Assembly: GCA_041651095.1 (NCBI GenBank)
Contig: JBAZJV010000002.1
Span: 43,621 to 107,620, forward strand
Direction: 5' to 3'
From: Patescibacteria group bacterium
Lineage (GTDB): Bacteria > Patescibacteriota > Patescibacteriia > Patescibacteriales > UBA12465
Length of the DNA: 64,000 bases
Shown: piece by piece, positions 26,031-34,844 of the stretch
How the letters are laid out: every line of letters starts with the position of its first letter
How positions within the stretch are numbered: position 1 is the stretch's first letter
Program-made: the position numbers and the translations under genes
Notes under the pieces: generated by a model
Told to the model about the DNA's origin: nothing
Seen by the model: only the letters and a program-made list of their open reading frames with translations
Databases searched by the model: none

Positions 26031-26108
26031 AAAGTTCTCTATACAAAGCGGGGCTCTATATAAGACGCGGCAAATAGCATATTTTCACAATTTTTCGCCA
26101 ACCCAAGT

Positions 26109-26384
26109 TTAACGGTGCAGACAGCCCGGCCAACAACAAGGGCGACGCTGCCCCTCCTTAAGCTCGGAACATACTCTTTTGACGTGCTGTTGTCTGGTCT
26201 CTGGTTTTTTAACGGAAATAATCCAACAAATCCACTCGTTGCGCGCTAAGGGCGTAATATCCTGCCAGGCCGCCAAAGCTAATTGGTCGGCCGCTAAAGC
26301 CTGACGTAAATCCGGCGGTATATTATGCACTACCCCACCGGGTATCCGGCCGCGAAATGCTATTTTATTATATCTTTCTTTCAT
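26109..26384 (-). CDS. YdeI/OmpD-associated (OmdA) family protein
   Basis: 91 aa with PPDLRQALAADQLALAAWQDITPLARNEWICWIISVKKPETRQQHVKRV. Confidence 0.7.
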   Translation of the reverse strand: MKERYNKIAFRGRIPGGVVHNIPPDLRQALAADQLALAAWQDITPLARNEWICWIISVKKPETRQQHVKRVCSELKEGQRRPCCWPGCLHR

Positions 26385-27262
26385 ATTGGTCTCATTACAT
26401 AAACCACCGGATCCTTCAACAAGTCTGCCACCCGATCCCGCGGCAAATCGATCTTGGGCGGCGACACTAAATCATCAAACACTTCCATAAAACTGTGCCG
26501 CTCGACGCTAAATCCCGATTCAGCAAAAAATTTGGTGGCCGTTTCCTCGTTATCAAAGCTATTGGCATTAACATCAATTCCAGAAAATAATAATATCCTC
26601 TTCCGATTATCTTCTCTTTCTTCCTTTTGCTCAGTTTTGAGTAGCCGTTTCAAAGTAATGTCAGAAGTGATCCAGGCGCCACCGAATTTTTCTAGTAAGG
26701 CGCGGATGTTATCGGCTACTTTCCTTTTTTCGTCAAAACTCAAATAACGCAACAACCCCTCATGGACTACTGTAACCGGCTTAGGCGCGAAGTGTCGCGT
26801 GGCCGCCATTACCGAATCTTGATCCAGGGCGTTGCCGTCTTCTACATATAGATTACCGGGCCACTTGATGCCATTCTGGGCGGCCAAATTTTGCAATAAG
26901 ACTCTTTTGTTCCTGGCCATTTCCGGCAAATCCAGCTCGACATAAGTTAGCGATGGATCGGCCTGCGTCATCGCCAACCCTCGCCCGACCAAGCCGGCGG
27001 CTAGCTCCAAAATTTGGCCGGTTGGATTGGCCGCGATCATCTTATCGATCAACTTATAGCGCGCCTCGATTTGCGGCGCGATCTTCGACTGCCTCGCGCT
27101 ATCCATATACGCGATCTGGGCGGCATCGGTCGGCTTGACTATCCGGTCCAGTTCTTCGAATATCTCTTTGGCGTATTGGATATCCGAAAAAGTCCGGTGC
27201 CAGGCTACGCCCCAGGCCGTCGGACCGACTTTTTCGTAATTGCCATTGGTTGGTTCGGACAT
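26381..27262 (-). CDS. Class I SAM-dependent methyltransferase
   Basis: 293 aa with motif I ILELAAGLVGRG. The overall layout is O-methyltransferase / Leu-carboxyl-MT-like. Confidence 0.55.
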   Translation of the reverse strand: MSEPTNGNYEKVGPTAWGVAWHRTFSDIQYAKEIFEELDRIVKPTDAAQIAYMDSARQSKIAPQIEARYKLIDKMIAANPTGQILELAAGLVGRGLAMTQADPSLTYVELDLPEMARNKRVLLQNLAAQNGIKWPGNLYVEDGNALDQDSVMAATRHFAPKPVTVVHEGLLRYLSFDEKRKVADNIRALLEKFGGAWITSDITLKRLLKTEQKEEREDNRKRILLFSGIDVNANSFDNEETATKFFAESGFSVERHSFMEVFDDLVSPPKIDLPRDRVADLLKDPVVYVMRPI

Positions 27263-27338
27263 AGCTATAGTTTTGCCCCGGCATTTCGATCGATTAGACC
27301 ATAAGCTTTAGCTATTTCTGCCGGATCGTAATTTAGTG

Positions 27339-27629
27339 TTAGCCATGATAATGATTCCGCACTCGTTCTATGAATTCTTTGATATCGTCTATATGGATCT
27401 TCATAGTATCATAATTGCCCGAAGCTCCTTGATAACGCAATCCTTGGCCCAGATTATTTTCCGGGGATGTTCCCTCTTCACCGTCAAGCAGGCTAGCTAT
27501 ATTCTTGGCTTGCCGGCCCAGTTCCTGGGTAGCAAAAGCACTTACGGGAACATAGCCGTCCTTATCCGCTTTCATTTGATATTTTTCTTTAAAGCCTAAT
27601 GGGGCCTTAAAATGTTCAGGGTTTTCCAT
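27339..27629 (-). CDS. Hypothetical protein
   Basis: A 96-aa ORF with no recognised motif. The opposite-strand 87-aa ORF looks less protein-like. Confidence 0.35.
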   Translation of the reverse strand: MENPEHFKAPLGFKEKYQMKADKDGYVPVSAFATQELGRQAKNIASLLDGEEGTSPENNLGQGLRYQGASGNYDTMKIHIDDIKEFIERVRNHYHG

Positions 27630-27739
27630 ATAATTTATTGAATTAATAAGTTATTAGACCGATAAGATAAATCATTTACAGGAAAATTCTATATTTATAT
27701 GTACATTATACCGTAACGACGTTCCGTGAACGCAAGTTG

Positions 27740-28660
27740 CTAAACTACGGCCCGGACTTCATCCAAGCTCGGCATAGACGACCCGGCTCCCGCGCGGGTG
27801 ACAGAAATAGAAGCCGCGACATTAGCAAATAGCAAACTCTCTTTAAAAGAGCTGCCGCCCGCTAGACTAGCCGCTATTGCTCCCACAAAACAATCACCGG
27901 CGCCAGTCGTATCAATGGCTGTAACTTTTTTACCAGCGATATTTATTACTGCGCCGTCCTTAAAAGCCATCACTCCTTTTTCGCCGATTGTCACCACGAC
28001 CGATAAATTGCCGCGTGAGATCGTTTCTACAGCTTTCCTAATTGATTCTTCTTGAAAAACATCCACTACCCTATTCGAAATATAGCTGAGCTCCGTTTCG
28101 TTAAGGATAAGAATATCTACAATATCCAATAAATCTCTGGAAATAGTTCGGGCAGGAGCGGGGTTAAAAATGTTAATTGCTCCCACCACTCTACCTTTTT
28201 TAAAAAATGCCGTAATCGTTTCTTCCGGAATTTCAAATTGAGAAACTAAAATATCGCCTTTCCCCGGATTAACATTTTGAATATCCTTTTCAGAGAACAA
28301 AAAATTTGCACCCGGAATAACTACTATGGTGTTATTCGATGTCTCGGCGGCTACAGTGATAATAGCCGTACCGCTTGAGGCGCCGTCGCCAACTGAAACA
28401 TGGGTTTCGATATCTTGCTGTTTTAGGTTAGAAATTAATTCTTCGCCAAAAGTATCACTACCCACTTTGCCAAGTATAAGCGTCTGGGCGCCAAGCTTGG
28501 CGGCGGCTATCGCTTGATTGGCGCCCTTACCGCCAAAAAAATATTTTAAACTATCTCCAAAAACAGTTTCACCAATCTTCGGATGGTGCTGAGCCAAGAT
28601 GACGATATCCATATTGATACTGCCAGCGACAATAACTTTACTCATAAATTTTGGCGCCAC
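27740..28660 (-). CDS. rbsK: Ribokinase
   Basis: 306 aa with GGKGANQA and DTTGAGDCFVGA (PfkB signatures). An alternative start is MSKVIVAGSINMD at 28645. Confidence 0.85.
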   Translation of the reverse strand: MAPKFMSKVIVAGSINMDIVILAQHHPKIGETVFGDSLKYFFGGKGANQAIAAAKLGAQTLILGKVGSDTFGEELISNLKQQDIETHVSVGDGASSGTAIITVAAETSNNTIVVIPGANFLFSEKDIQNVNPGKGDILVSQFEIPEETITAFFKKGRVVGAINIFNPAPARTISRDLLDIVDILILNETELSYISNRVVDVFQEESIRKAVETISRGNLSVVVTIGEKGVMAFKDGAVINIAGKKVTAIDTTGAGDCFVGAIAASLAGGSSFKESLLFANVAASISVTRAGAGSSMPSLDEVRAVV

Positions 28661-28680
28661 ACTCCTCGTGCTAGCTCAAA

Positions 28681-28754
28681 TGGCTGCGGGACCTGGATTC
28701 GGACCAGGATAAACGGCTCCAAAGGCCGCTGTCCTACCATTAGACGATCCCGCA
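28681..28754 (-). tRNA. tRNA-Gln (anticodon UUG), CCA encoded
   Basis: The minus strand reads TGCGGGA-TC-GTCT-AATGGTA-GGAC-A-GCGGC-CTTTGGA-GCCGT-TTAT-CCTGG-TCCGAAT-CCAGG-TCCCGCA-G-CCA. It has a U1-A72 pair and G73, as in bacterial tRNA-Gln. The T-loop reads TCCGAAT. Confidence 0.85.
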
Positions 28755-28832
28755 AGATTAGGCGACAATAAAATATCCTCGCCCTTGGGATATTATTAAA
28801 AATAGGCCAAATTGTCAACCGTATCCCGCTCC

Positions 28833-29744
28833 TTAGATGCGCGCATACTTACGGACGGCAAACAGACTGGCCAGGATATTGATGAGTAATATAGCGCCGA
28901 ACTGAGCGCCGAAGATGAAGAAGAAATTATCGACGAAATAAGCCAGGATATTGATGCTATAGCCGGTGAAGAACGCTTCCAGATAAGGCTGGAGCAAGGT
29001 CAGGAAAGGATAAAATACGGAAATGATTATCAGCACGCTGAACAAGGCGTAAACCAGGGCGGAAAACAGGTACGGCATGTAAATGAAGAAATTCGAGGCT
29101 CCGACCAGGCGCATGATTTCTATTTCCTGGCGATGAGTATAAATAGCCACCCGAATAGCGTTATAGACCACCAGCAAACTGGTCAGGATGAAGATGGAAA
29201 TGATGAATAGGCCGACCTGATTGACGCGCTTGGTGATGCCGTCTATTTTCTTCAGGATCACTGAGTTATCGGAAAAATCCCGCGATTCGATGATCGGGCT
29301 GTCTAAGGTCTTGAGATTATTGATAACGAGTTCCGTGTCTTTGAAATCCTTAGGCATTATCGTCAGGCTGGGCGAGAGCGGATTGCGGCCCAATTCCTTC
29401 AGGGCTGCCAGAACCGCCGGGTCGTTCTGGTATTTCTGGCGGAAAGCGTCGATGGCGCTCTGCTTGGAGATATAAGTCACGCTTTTAACCTGCGGCAGAT
29501 CGGCGATCTTGGCTTTCAGAGACAGGATTTCCGTGTCCGCCGTGTCCGGCTTGAGATATAGGCTGATATCTATCTTCTCTTTAATAGCCGCGACGGCGCT
29601 GTCGCTGATGAGGCGCACGGTAATCAGGGTGTTGATGGAAAACAGGGCTAGGAGCAGGATGGTTACGGTGACGATGGTCAGCCAGATGTTGCGGACGATG
29701 TCCTGGAAACTGAACTTGATGATGCGATATAGGGATAATAGCAT
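28833..29744 (-). CDS. ftsX: Cell division permease-like protein FtsX
   Basis: 303 aa with a 4-TM FtsX topology and a large first extracytoplasmic loop. It lies directly downstream of ftsE. Confidence 0.8.
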   Translation of the reverse strand: MLLSLYRIIKFSFQDIVRNIWLTIVTVTILLLALFSINTLITVRLISDSAVAAIKEKIDISLYLKPDTADTEILSLKAKIADLPQVKSVTYISKQSAIDAFRQKYQNDPAVLAALKELGRNPLSPSLTIMPKDFKDTELVINNLKTLDSPIIESRDFSDNSVILKKIDGITKRVNQVGLFIISIFILTSLLVVYNAIRVAIYTHRQEIEIMRLVGASNFFIYMPYLFSALVYALFSVLIIISVFYPFLTLLQPYLEAFFTGYSINILAYFVDNFFFIFGAQFGAILLINILASLFAVRKYARI

Positions 29745-29758
29745 AAACGTTTAATGGC

Positions 29759-30451
29759 CTAGAGTAAATATTTGCCGTGTTCCTGGTCGCTGATGACCTG
29801 GCCGTGCTCCATGGCGACGACCCGCTTGTTCAAGCGATTGACGATATCCTTGTTGTGCGTCACCAGGATGACGGTCGTCCCGAATTTATTGATGCGCAAC
29901 AGCAGATCGATGATTTCGTTGGCGTTAATGGCGTCCAAATTGCCGGTCGGCTCGTCCGCCAACAGGATCTTCGGCTGATGGACGAGAGCCCGAGCAATGG
30001 CTGCCCGCTGCTGTTCGCCGCCGGAAACCTCATTCGGATAGCGGTTTTTCTTGTCATCCAGGCCGACGATTTTCATTACGCTAGGGACGATCTTCTTGAT
30101 CTTGGCCGGCTGGCCGCCGGAAACCTGCAAGGCGAAGGAGACATTCTCTTCCAAGGTCTTTTTCGGCAACAGCTTGAAATCCTGAAAGATCACGCCGATC
30201 TGCCGGCGCAGGAACGGCACTTCCCGCCGGTTGATTCTGGTAATATCCCAATCGCCGACCATGACCCGGCCTTCATCCGGCCGTTCTTCGCCAATCAGCA
30301 AACGGACAATGGTCGTCTTGCCGGCGCCGCTCTGCCCGACGATAGACACGAATTCTCCCGGCTCGACGTCCAGGCTGACGTTCCGGAGGATATTAATCCG
30401 GTTGATATAGGCTTTAGAAACGTTTTCCAGTTTAATCATAATAACTCTCAA
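29759..30451 (-). CDS. ftsE: Cell division ATP-binding protein FtsE
   Basis: 230 aa with GQSGAGKTT (Walker A), VSGGEQQR (signature) and ILLADEPTGNLD (Walker B). The likely start is MIKLENV. Confidence 0.85.
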   Translation of the reverse strand: MRVIMIKLENVSKAYINRINILRNVSLDVEPGEFVSIVGQSGAGKTTIVRLLIGEERPDEGRVMVGDWDITRINRREVPFLRRQIGVIFQDFKLLPKKTLEENVSFALQVSGGQPAKIKKIVPSVMKIVGLDDKKNRYPNEVSGGEQQRAAIARALVHQPKILLADEPTGNLDAINANEIIDLLLRINKFGTTVILVTHNKDIVNRLNKRVVAMEHGQVISDQEHGKYLL

Positions 30452-30460
30452 TTATAATCG

Positions 30461-31957
30461 CTAAGGCGCCAGGAGGCGTTGGCCGAAACGGATTAGCTGC
30501 TCGTTGTCCAAAAAATTATTGGCTTTGCTCGTCGAACCTAAATTAACCGCGATCAGATTCCCTCGCGGCGTCGCCACTTGGGTCATCAGGCAATAACCCG
30601 CCTCGTCCAGATAGCCGGTCTTGGAACCGATAATCGGATAATTATTAGTCTGCAATAATTTATTGGTATTGGTTAAAGTATGGGCCTGCTTGGTATTCTT
30701 GGTCTTGAAAGTGTAGCGCAAAGTCGTGCTGATCTTTTTGAGTAAAGGATTGGTGAAGACTTCTTTAGTTATTATAGCATAGTTCAAGGGAGAACTCACA
30801 TTCTCCGGCGACAGACCGGTCGGTTCGATGAAGCGAGTATCGGTCGCGCCCCAATCTTTGACCAGCCGGTTCATCCGGGCGATGAATTCCTCCCGCTTCA
30901 GGCCGCTGGTCCGAATCAGGGTTTCCACGGCGTTGTTGGCCGAACCGACCAGAGCGCTGTAGAGCAGGTCGCCGACGGTCATGGTTTCGCCGTCCTTGAC
31001 TTTTAGCTGCGCCGATTCGCCGGGCGGACAATATTTATCGTTATATTCCCGATCCGCTTTCTTATAAGTAACCACCCGGTTCAAATCCGGCTTGGTGTCG
31101 AGCAGTACCCGGGCCGCGACCAATTTGGTTAGGCTGGCTAAAGGCGAAACTTGATCCTCGTTCTTGCCCCAGAGCACGCGGCCGTCTTTTTCCAGCATCA
31201 GGACCGCGGCCGAAGCGGTCAGATTCAATTCTCCGGTGGTCTGCGGCAGCGCCTGCTTGGTTTCCGGCACCACGATCTTAAGCGGCTCCAAACGGACGGA
31301 AATCAGGCCGTCAGCGGGTGAAGCGATGCGGCTGAATGCGACCTTGTCCAGATCGATGACCCGATCCGGGTGTCGGCCGCGATCCGGACCCCAATCGTTT
31401 ATGGTCACGTCCACGCTCTTGCCGTTGGCCAGATTATAGACGCGGACAACGGAACCTTTGGACAGATCCGGCGAAGCGGCGAACAGCCCGTCCTTGAACT
31501 TATACCAGCTGGCCGTACCGACCGTCATCAGGTCATGGTTGCTGAGCACGATCAGCCGGCCGGATGTGGAATCGGTCGTGGCCGTTACGTATCTGCCGTC
31601 CGGCGAATCCTCGGTCGGGACAGCGCGCCAAACCTGGCTCAAGGAATCATAAAAGAAAACCTGCTTATAATAATTGCCGGCAACCGAGTAATTGACTTTT
31701 AATTGCAGCGGCCGACTCGGATCATACAGTCCGGTCGTCGTAAAAGAATATTCGTAGGCCGGAGTAAGCGGCTGCCATTCCCAAGGCAGGCTGGAAGTCG
31801 CAATCGTGGCGATATTGGTATTTAGGACGGCCGGTGCGGTAAAAGCCGCCGGATCCGCGCTGACCATCAGTCCCGGCGCGTCTGCCCGGACCGCGACGGG
31901 CGCGAGAAAAAACAGCGCGCCGGCTAAATAAAGGTATATTTTTCGATTCAGAATCAT
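30461..31957 (-). CDS. Secreted fusion protein: RlpA-like DPBB domain + D-alanyl-D-alanine carboxypeptidase (peptidase S11)
   Basis: 498 aa with a signal peptide. The DPBB region reads TASWYKF...VVRVYNLANGKSVDVTINDWGP...VIDLDKVAFSRIA. The S11 triad is SLTKLV (SxxK), GSANNA (SxN) and SKTGY (KTG). Confidence 0.7.
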   Translation of the reverse strand: MILNRKIYLYLAGALFFLAPVAVRADAPGLMVSADPAAFTAPAVLNTNIATIATSSLPWEWQPLTPAYEYSFTTTGLYDPSRPLQLKVNYSVAGNYYKQVFFYDSLSQVWRAVPTEDSPDGRYVTATTDSTSGRLIVLSNHDLMTVGTASWYKFKDGLFAASPDLSKGSVVRVYNLANGKSVDVTINDWGPDRGRHPDRVIDLDKVAFSRIASPADGLISVRLEPLKIVVPETKQALPQTTGELNLTASAAVLMLEKDGRVLWGKNEDQVSPLASLTKLVAARVLLDTKPDLNRVVTYKKADREYNDKYCPPGESAQLKVKDGETMTVGDLLYSALVGSANNAVETLIRTSGLKREEFIARMNRLVKDWGATDTRFIEPTGLSPENVSSPLNYAIITKEVFTNPLLKKISTTLRYTFKTKNTKQAHTLTNTNKLLQTNNYPIIGSKTGYLDEAGYCLMTQVATPRGNLIAVNLGSTSKANNFLDNEQLIRFGQRLLAP

Positions 31958-31967
31958 AGACGATGGA

Positions 31968-31997
31968 TTGACTAAATTGATTTAATAATTCTATAAT
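31968..31997 (+). promoter_or_regulatory. Sigma70-type promoter for the tRNA-Gly/tRNA-Thr pair
   Basis: TTGACT (31968-31973), an 18-nt spacer, then TATAAT (31992-31997), about 28 nt upstream of tRNA-Gly. Confidence 0.55.
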
Positions 31998-32024
31998 GTT
32001 TACGCTAAGACGCGGGTATCTGTC

Positions 32025-32096
32025 GCGGGTGTCGTATAATGGTTATTACGTCAGCTTCCCAAGCTGAAGAAGGCGGTCCGATTCCGCTCACCCGCT
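32025..32096 (+). tRNA. tRNA-Gly (anticodon CCC), CCA not encoded
   Basis: GCGGGTG-TC-GTAT-AATGGTTA-TTAC-G-TCAGC-TTCCCAA-GCTGA-AGAA-GGCGG-TCCGATT-CCGCT-CACCCGC-T. The layout is close to E. coli tRNA-Gly(CCC). Confidence 0.85.
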
Positions 32097-32103
32097 CCCG
32101 AAG

Positions 32104-32176
32104 GCCGAGATAGCTCAGCTGGTAGAGCAACGCACTCGTAACGCGTAGGTCAGGGGTCCGAATCCCCTTCTCGGCT
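32104..32176 (+). tRNA. tRNA-Thr (anticodon CGU), CCA not encoded
   Basis: GCCGAGA-TA-GCTC-AGCTGGTA-GAGC-A-ACGCA-CTCGTAA-CGCGT-AGGTC-AGGGG-TCCGAAT-CCCCT-TCTCGGC-T. There is one A31-C39 mismatch in the anticodon stem. Confidence 0.8.
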
Positions 32177-32190
32177 CAGTTAAAGAAAGC

Positions 32191-32622
32191 TCAGTCAAAG
32201 AAATAATGCCACCACTTGGCCAGGTTGCTTGATGCCGGTTCGGCCGAGGCGGCGCCAATCTCATTAACGTTCGCCGGTTTATCTTCCACGACGACCACTC
32301 CTTCGCCGGGCTTTTTTAGATTCAAATTCAACCGGGCCGCCTCTTCCAAGGATTGATCGGATTGCAGATAGGAAATCAAGTCTTTCAATTGCTGATTCTG
32401 GCTCTCATAGTGATCGATCTGGCCTTGGACATCGGCGATCTCTTGTTCAACCAGGCGCCGCTGGCTATAGGTTTTAGCCAGGGGGAAAATGATCAGCACC
32501 AGAAATACCAGCCCGATAATAGCTAAAAACCGCTGGCTGGACACCAGGCGGTAGAAAAAACCGTGCGTCGGCGAACTGGTCGCCGGATTGAGCACTCGGG
32601 GGTGCCGACTCTGTTTCATCAT
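32191..32622 (-). CDS. Septum formation initiator family protein (FtsB/DivIC-like)
   Basis: 143 aa with a single TM helix, a coiled coil (EQEIADVQGQIDHYESQNQQLKDLISYLQS) and EEAARLNLNLKKPGE. Confidence 0.7.
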   Translation of the reverse strand: MMKQSRHPRVLNPATSSPTHGFFYRLVSSQRFLAIIGLVFLVLIIFPLAKTYSQRRLVEQEIADVQGQIDHYESQNQQLKDLISYLQSDQSLEEAARLNLNLKKPGEGVVVVEDKPANVNEIGAASAEPASSNLAKWWHYFFD

Positions 32623-32668
32623 CGCTTACCATTATAGCATAAATTCCGCCCCCTCCGGAAAAAATTAC

Positions 32669-34264
32669 TTAACGCCGTTTCGGCGTCCACCAAAAACCCA
32701 TATATTTGCCGAACATCAGGCGGATTTGAGCCTCCAAACACGGGACCGATCCGAAAATGATGATCGTCACCGGCACGGCCAGCCATTCCAGGCTCATCAG
32801 GATCTTTTTCCAGAATGTATATTTGGCCGGCTTTTTCGGCAACAGCAGGGCGGAAATGACCGCCGACAAGATCAAACCGATCATCGCGACGTTCATCAGA
32901 TTTTGGGTGATTGAGGGCAGATTGCCGGATAAGACCGTGGAGTTAAAACGATCGCCGCCCAAAAGCATCGGCAGCCAGCCGATGACGGCGATGATCAGAG
33001 CATTGGTGGCCCAGGCGTTAAAGCCGTAAATCTGAATCAGGATGTGCCCGATGATGCGCCTTTTGTCCAGGTCCGGTTCATGCCAGCGCTTGCCGGCGTT
33101 GAATAAGAGATAGGGGATGTTTTCGCCGCCCCAAGCCCAGCGCCTTTGCTGCTTATAAAGATTTTTAGCGGTCTTCCAAAGGCTTTCATCGTGGGTAACG
33201 TCCATGGATAGCTCGAAATAGATCGGTTCCACCCGATAATGGCCGCGGTAATGCATCAAGCAATGCCAGAAGATCCGGGAATCTTCCGAAACGTTCTTGG
33301 TCGACCAGAAACCGATATCCAAGAGAGCCCGCCAAGTCATGGAATGGGAAGAATAGGTCACCAGGCTCTCCTGCCTGATCTGCATGATCATCTGCCAGAA
33401 GGTGTTGGACGAAGCAGCGACGCGGGAAAAGAACGGCGCCTCCCAGATATTATTATGGTAGACCGGCACCGGCTGGTAGCTGGTGCGATAAGGGTCGGGG
33501 ACGGTCAGGAACTTATAGGCCAGGGCGAAAAAATAACCCGGCCGAACCACGGTATCGATATCGAAAACGCTGACTAAGATCTTGTCATAATCCAGTTTTT
33601 CCCGATCAATGATTTCTTCCTTGACTATCCCGGCCGACCAGGCCTGATTCGCGCCCTTGCCCTTCAATTCGCCGGGTATGGTATCGGAGTGGACGGTAAC
33701 GATGAAATAGCCGAATTTAGCGCCGAATTCCTGCCTGATCGTTTCCGCCTTAGCCTTGGCGGCTTCGCCGGCCCGCTCTTCTATCGCCAACGCGACAATC
33801 ATGCGGTCGGTCGGAAAACCGTCCGCGACCAAAGAAGCGACGCAGGTCCGGAGGATTTCAACGCCTTCGTGGACGTTAGGTAAAATGATGAGTTGCCATA
33901 AATCGCCGAATGAGACTCCTCGCCGCGCCAGGGCGGTCGGCGCGAGCGAAGATAAGTCAACCCGGCCGTCGGATAATTCTTCGCATTTCTGTCGCCAATC
34001 CGTCTTCAGGCCGGCTTGCAGACGGTAATAGGAAGTGATTAAAAAAATGGCCATATAAATGACCAGTAACAGCCAATAGACGTCGAAAGCGATGATAAAA
34101 TAAGCAACGAGCACCGGTTGGAAATAAGACAAGACGGCCAGGACAACCAGGAGCGATAAGGATAAGAAGCCCGGAAAGATTTCCAACAGACGGTAAATCA
34201 GGCGATCGCGACCGGCAAGATCGGTCGCCTTGCCGATTTTCAAATAATTAGTGGTTTGATCCAT
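32669..34264 (-). CDS. Processive family 2 glycosyltransferase (cellulose/chitin-synthase-like), integral membrane
   Basis: 531 aa with N- and C-terminal TM helices. It has VFDIDT (DxD), VSEDSRIF (ED) and KQQRRWAWG (QxxRW). Confidence 0.7.
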   Translation of the reverse strand: MDQTTNYLKIGKATDLAGRDRLIYRLLEIFPGFLSLSLLVVLAVLSYFQPVLVAYFIIAFDVYWLLLVIYMAIFLITSYYRLQAGLKTDWRQKCEELSDGRVDLSSLAPTALARRGVSFGDLWQLIILPNVHEGVEILRTCVASLVADGFPTDRMIVALAIEERAGEAAKAKAETIRQEFGAKFGYFIVTVHSDTIPGELKGKGANQAWSAGIVKEEIIDREKLDYDKILVSVFDIDTVVRPGYFFALAYKFLTVPDPYRTSYQPVPVYHNNIWEAPFFSRVAASSNTFWQMIMQIRQESLVTYSSHSMTWRALLDIGFWSTKNVSEDSRIFWHCLMHYRGHYRVEPIYFELSMDVTHDESLWKTAKNLYKQQRRWAWGGENIPYLLFNAGKRWHEPDLDKRRIIGHILIQIYGFNAWATNALIIAVIGWLPMLLGGDRFNSTVLSGNLPSITQNLMNVAMIGLILSAVISALLLPKKPAKYTFWKKILMSLEWLAVPVTIIIFGSVPCLEAQIRLMFGKYMGFWWTPKRR

Positions 34265-34267
34265 AAT

Positions 34268-34840
34268 TTAAACAATACCTCTCCGTTTTAGCTCAAAAAA
34301 ACAATCGGCGCAAGCCTTGACATCATAAATAGCGTCATGCGCCTCGGCAAAACCCTTAGCGAATAAGCAATTATACAGTTCCGTCAAATTCGGCCACTTG
34401 TAGCTGCCGCGGCCGTTGGAGATCCGGCAATACTGGGCGCTGCTCTTCATCGTGCAGATCTTGTCGGCAGACGGCAAGGGGTTGGCCAGGTTTTCCCGCA
34501 GCAGCTCGGCGCCGACGATCTTCTCGTCAAAATCGATATTATGGGCGACCAGATGCGCCGCGCTCCCGGCGTCAGCCAAGAAATGCTCCAAGGCGGAACG
34601 CAGGGCGACGCCTTCGGCCAGCGCTCTTTCCTGGGAAATCCGGTGGATCTTGGTCGCCTCCGGCGGAATTACGAAGCCGTCCGGGCGAATGATATAGCTC
34701 TGGCTTTCCCAATGGTTGCCGTCGGCGTCATACAGGCTCCAGGCGATCTGGACGATGCGGGGCCAATTCAAAAAATCATCAAGCGGCGCTTGATAATTCC
34801 GGGGCAAGCCGGTGGTTTCCGTATCAAAAAATAAATACAT
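34268..34840 (-). CDS. DEDDh 3'-5' exonuclease (DnaQ/epsilon-like)
   Basis: 190 aa with FFDTETTG (Exo I), VAHNIDFDEKI (Exo II) and HDAIYDVKA (Exo III, H-x4-D). Confidence 0.8.
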   Translation of the reverse strand: MYLFFDTETTGLPRNYQAPLDDFLNWPRIVQIAWSLYDADGNHWESQSYIIRPDGFVIPPEATKIHRISQERALAEGVALRSALEHFLADAGSAAHLVAHNIDFDEKIVGAELLRENLANPLPSADKICTMKSSAQYCRISNGRGSYKWPNLTELYNCLFAKGFAEAHDAIYDVKACADCFFELKRRGIV

Positions 34841-34844
34841 AAAG

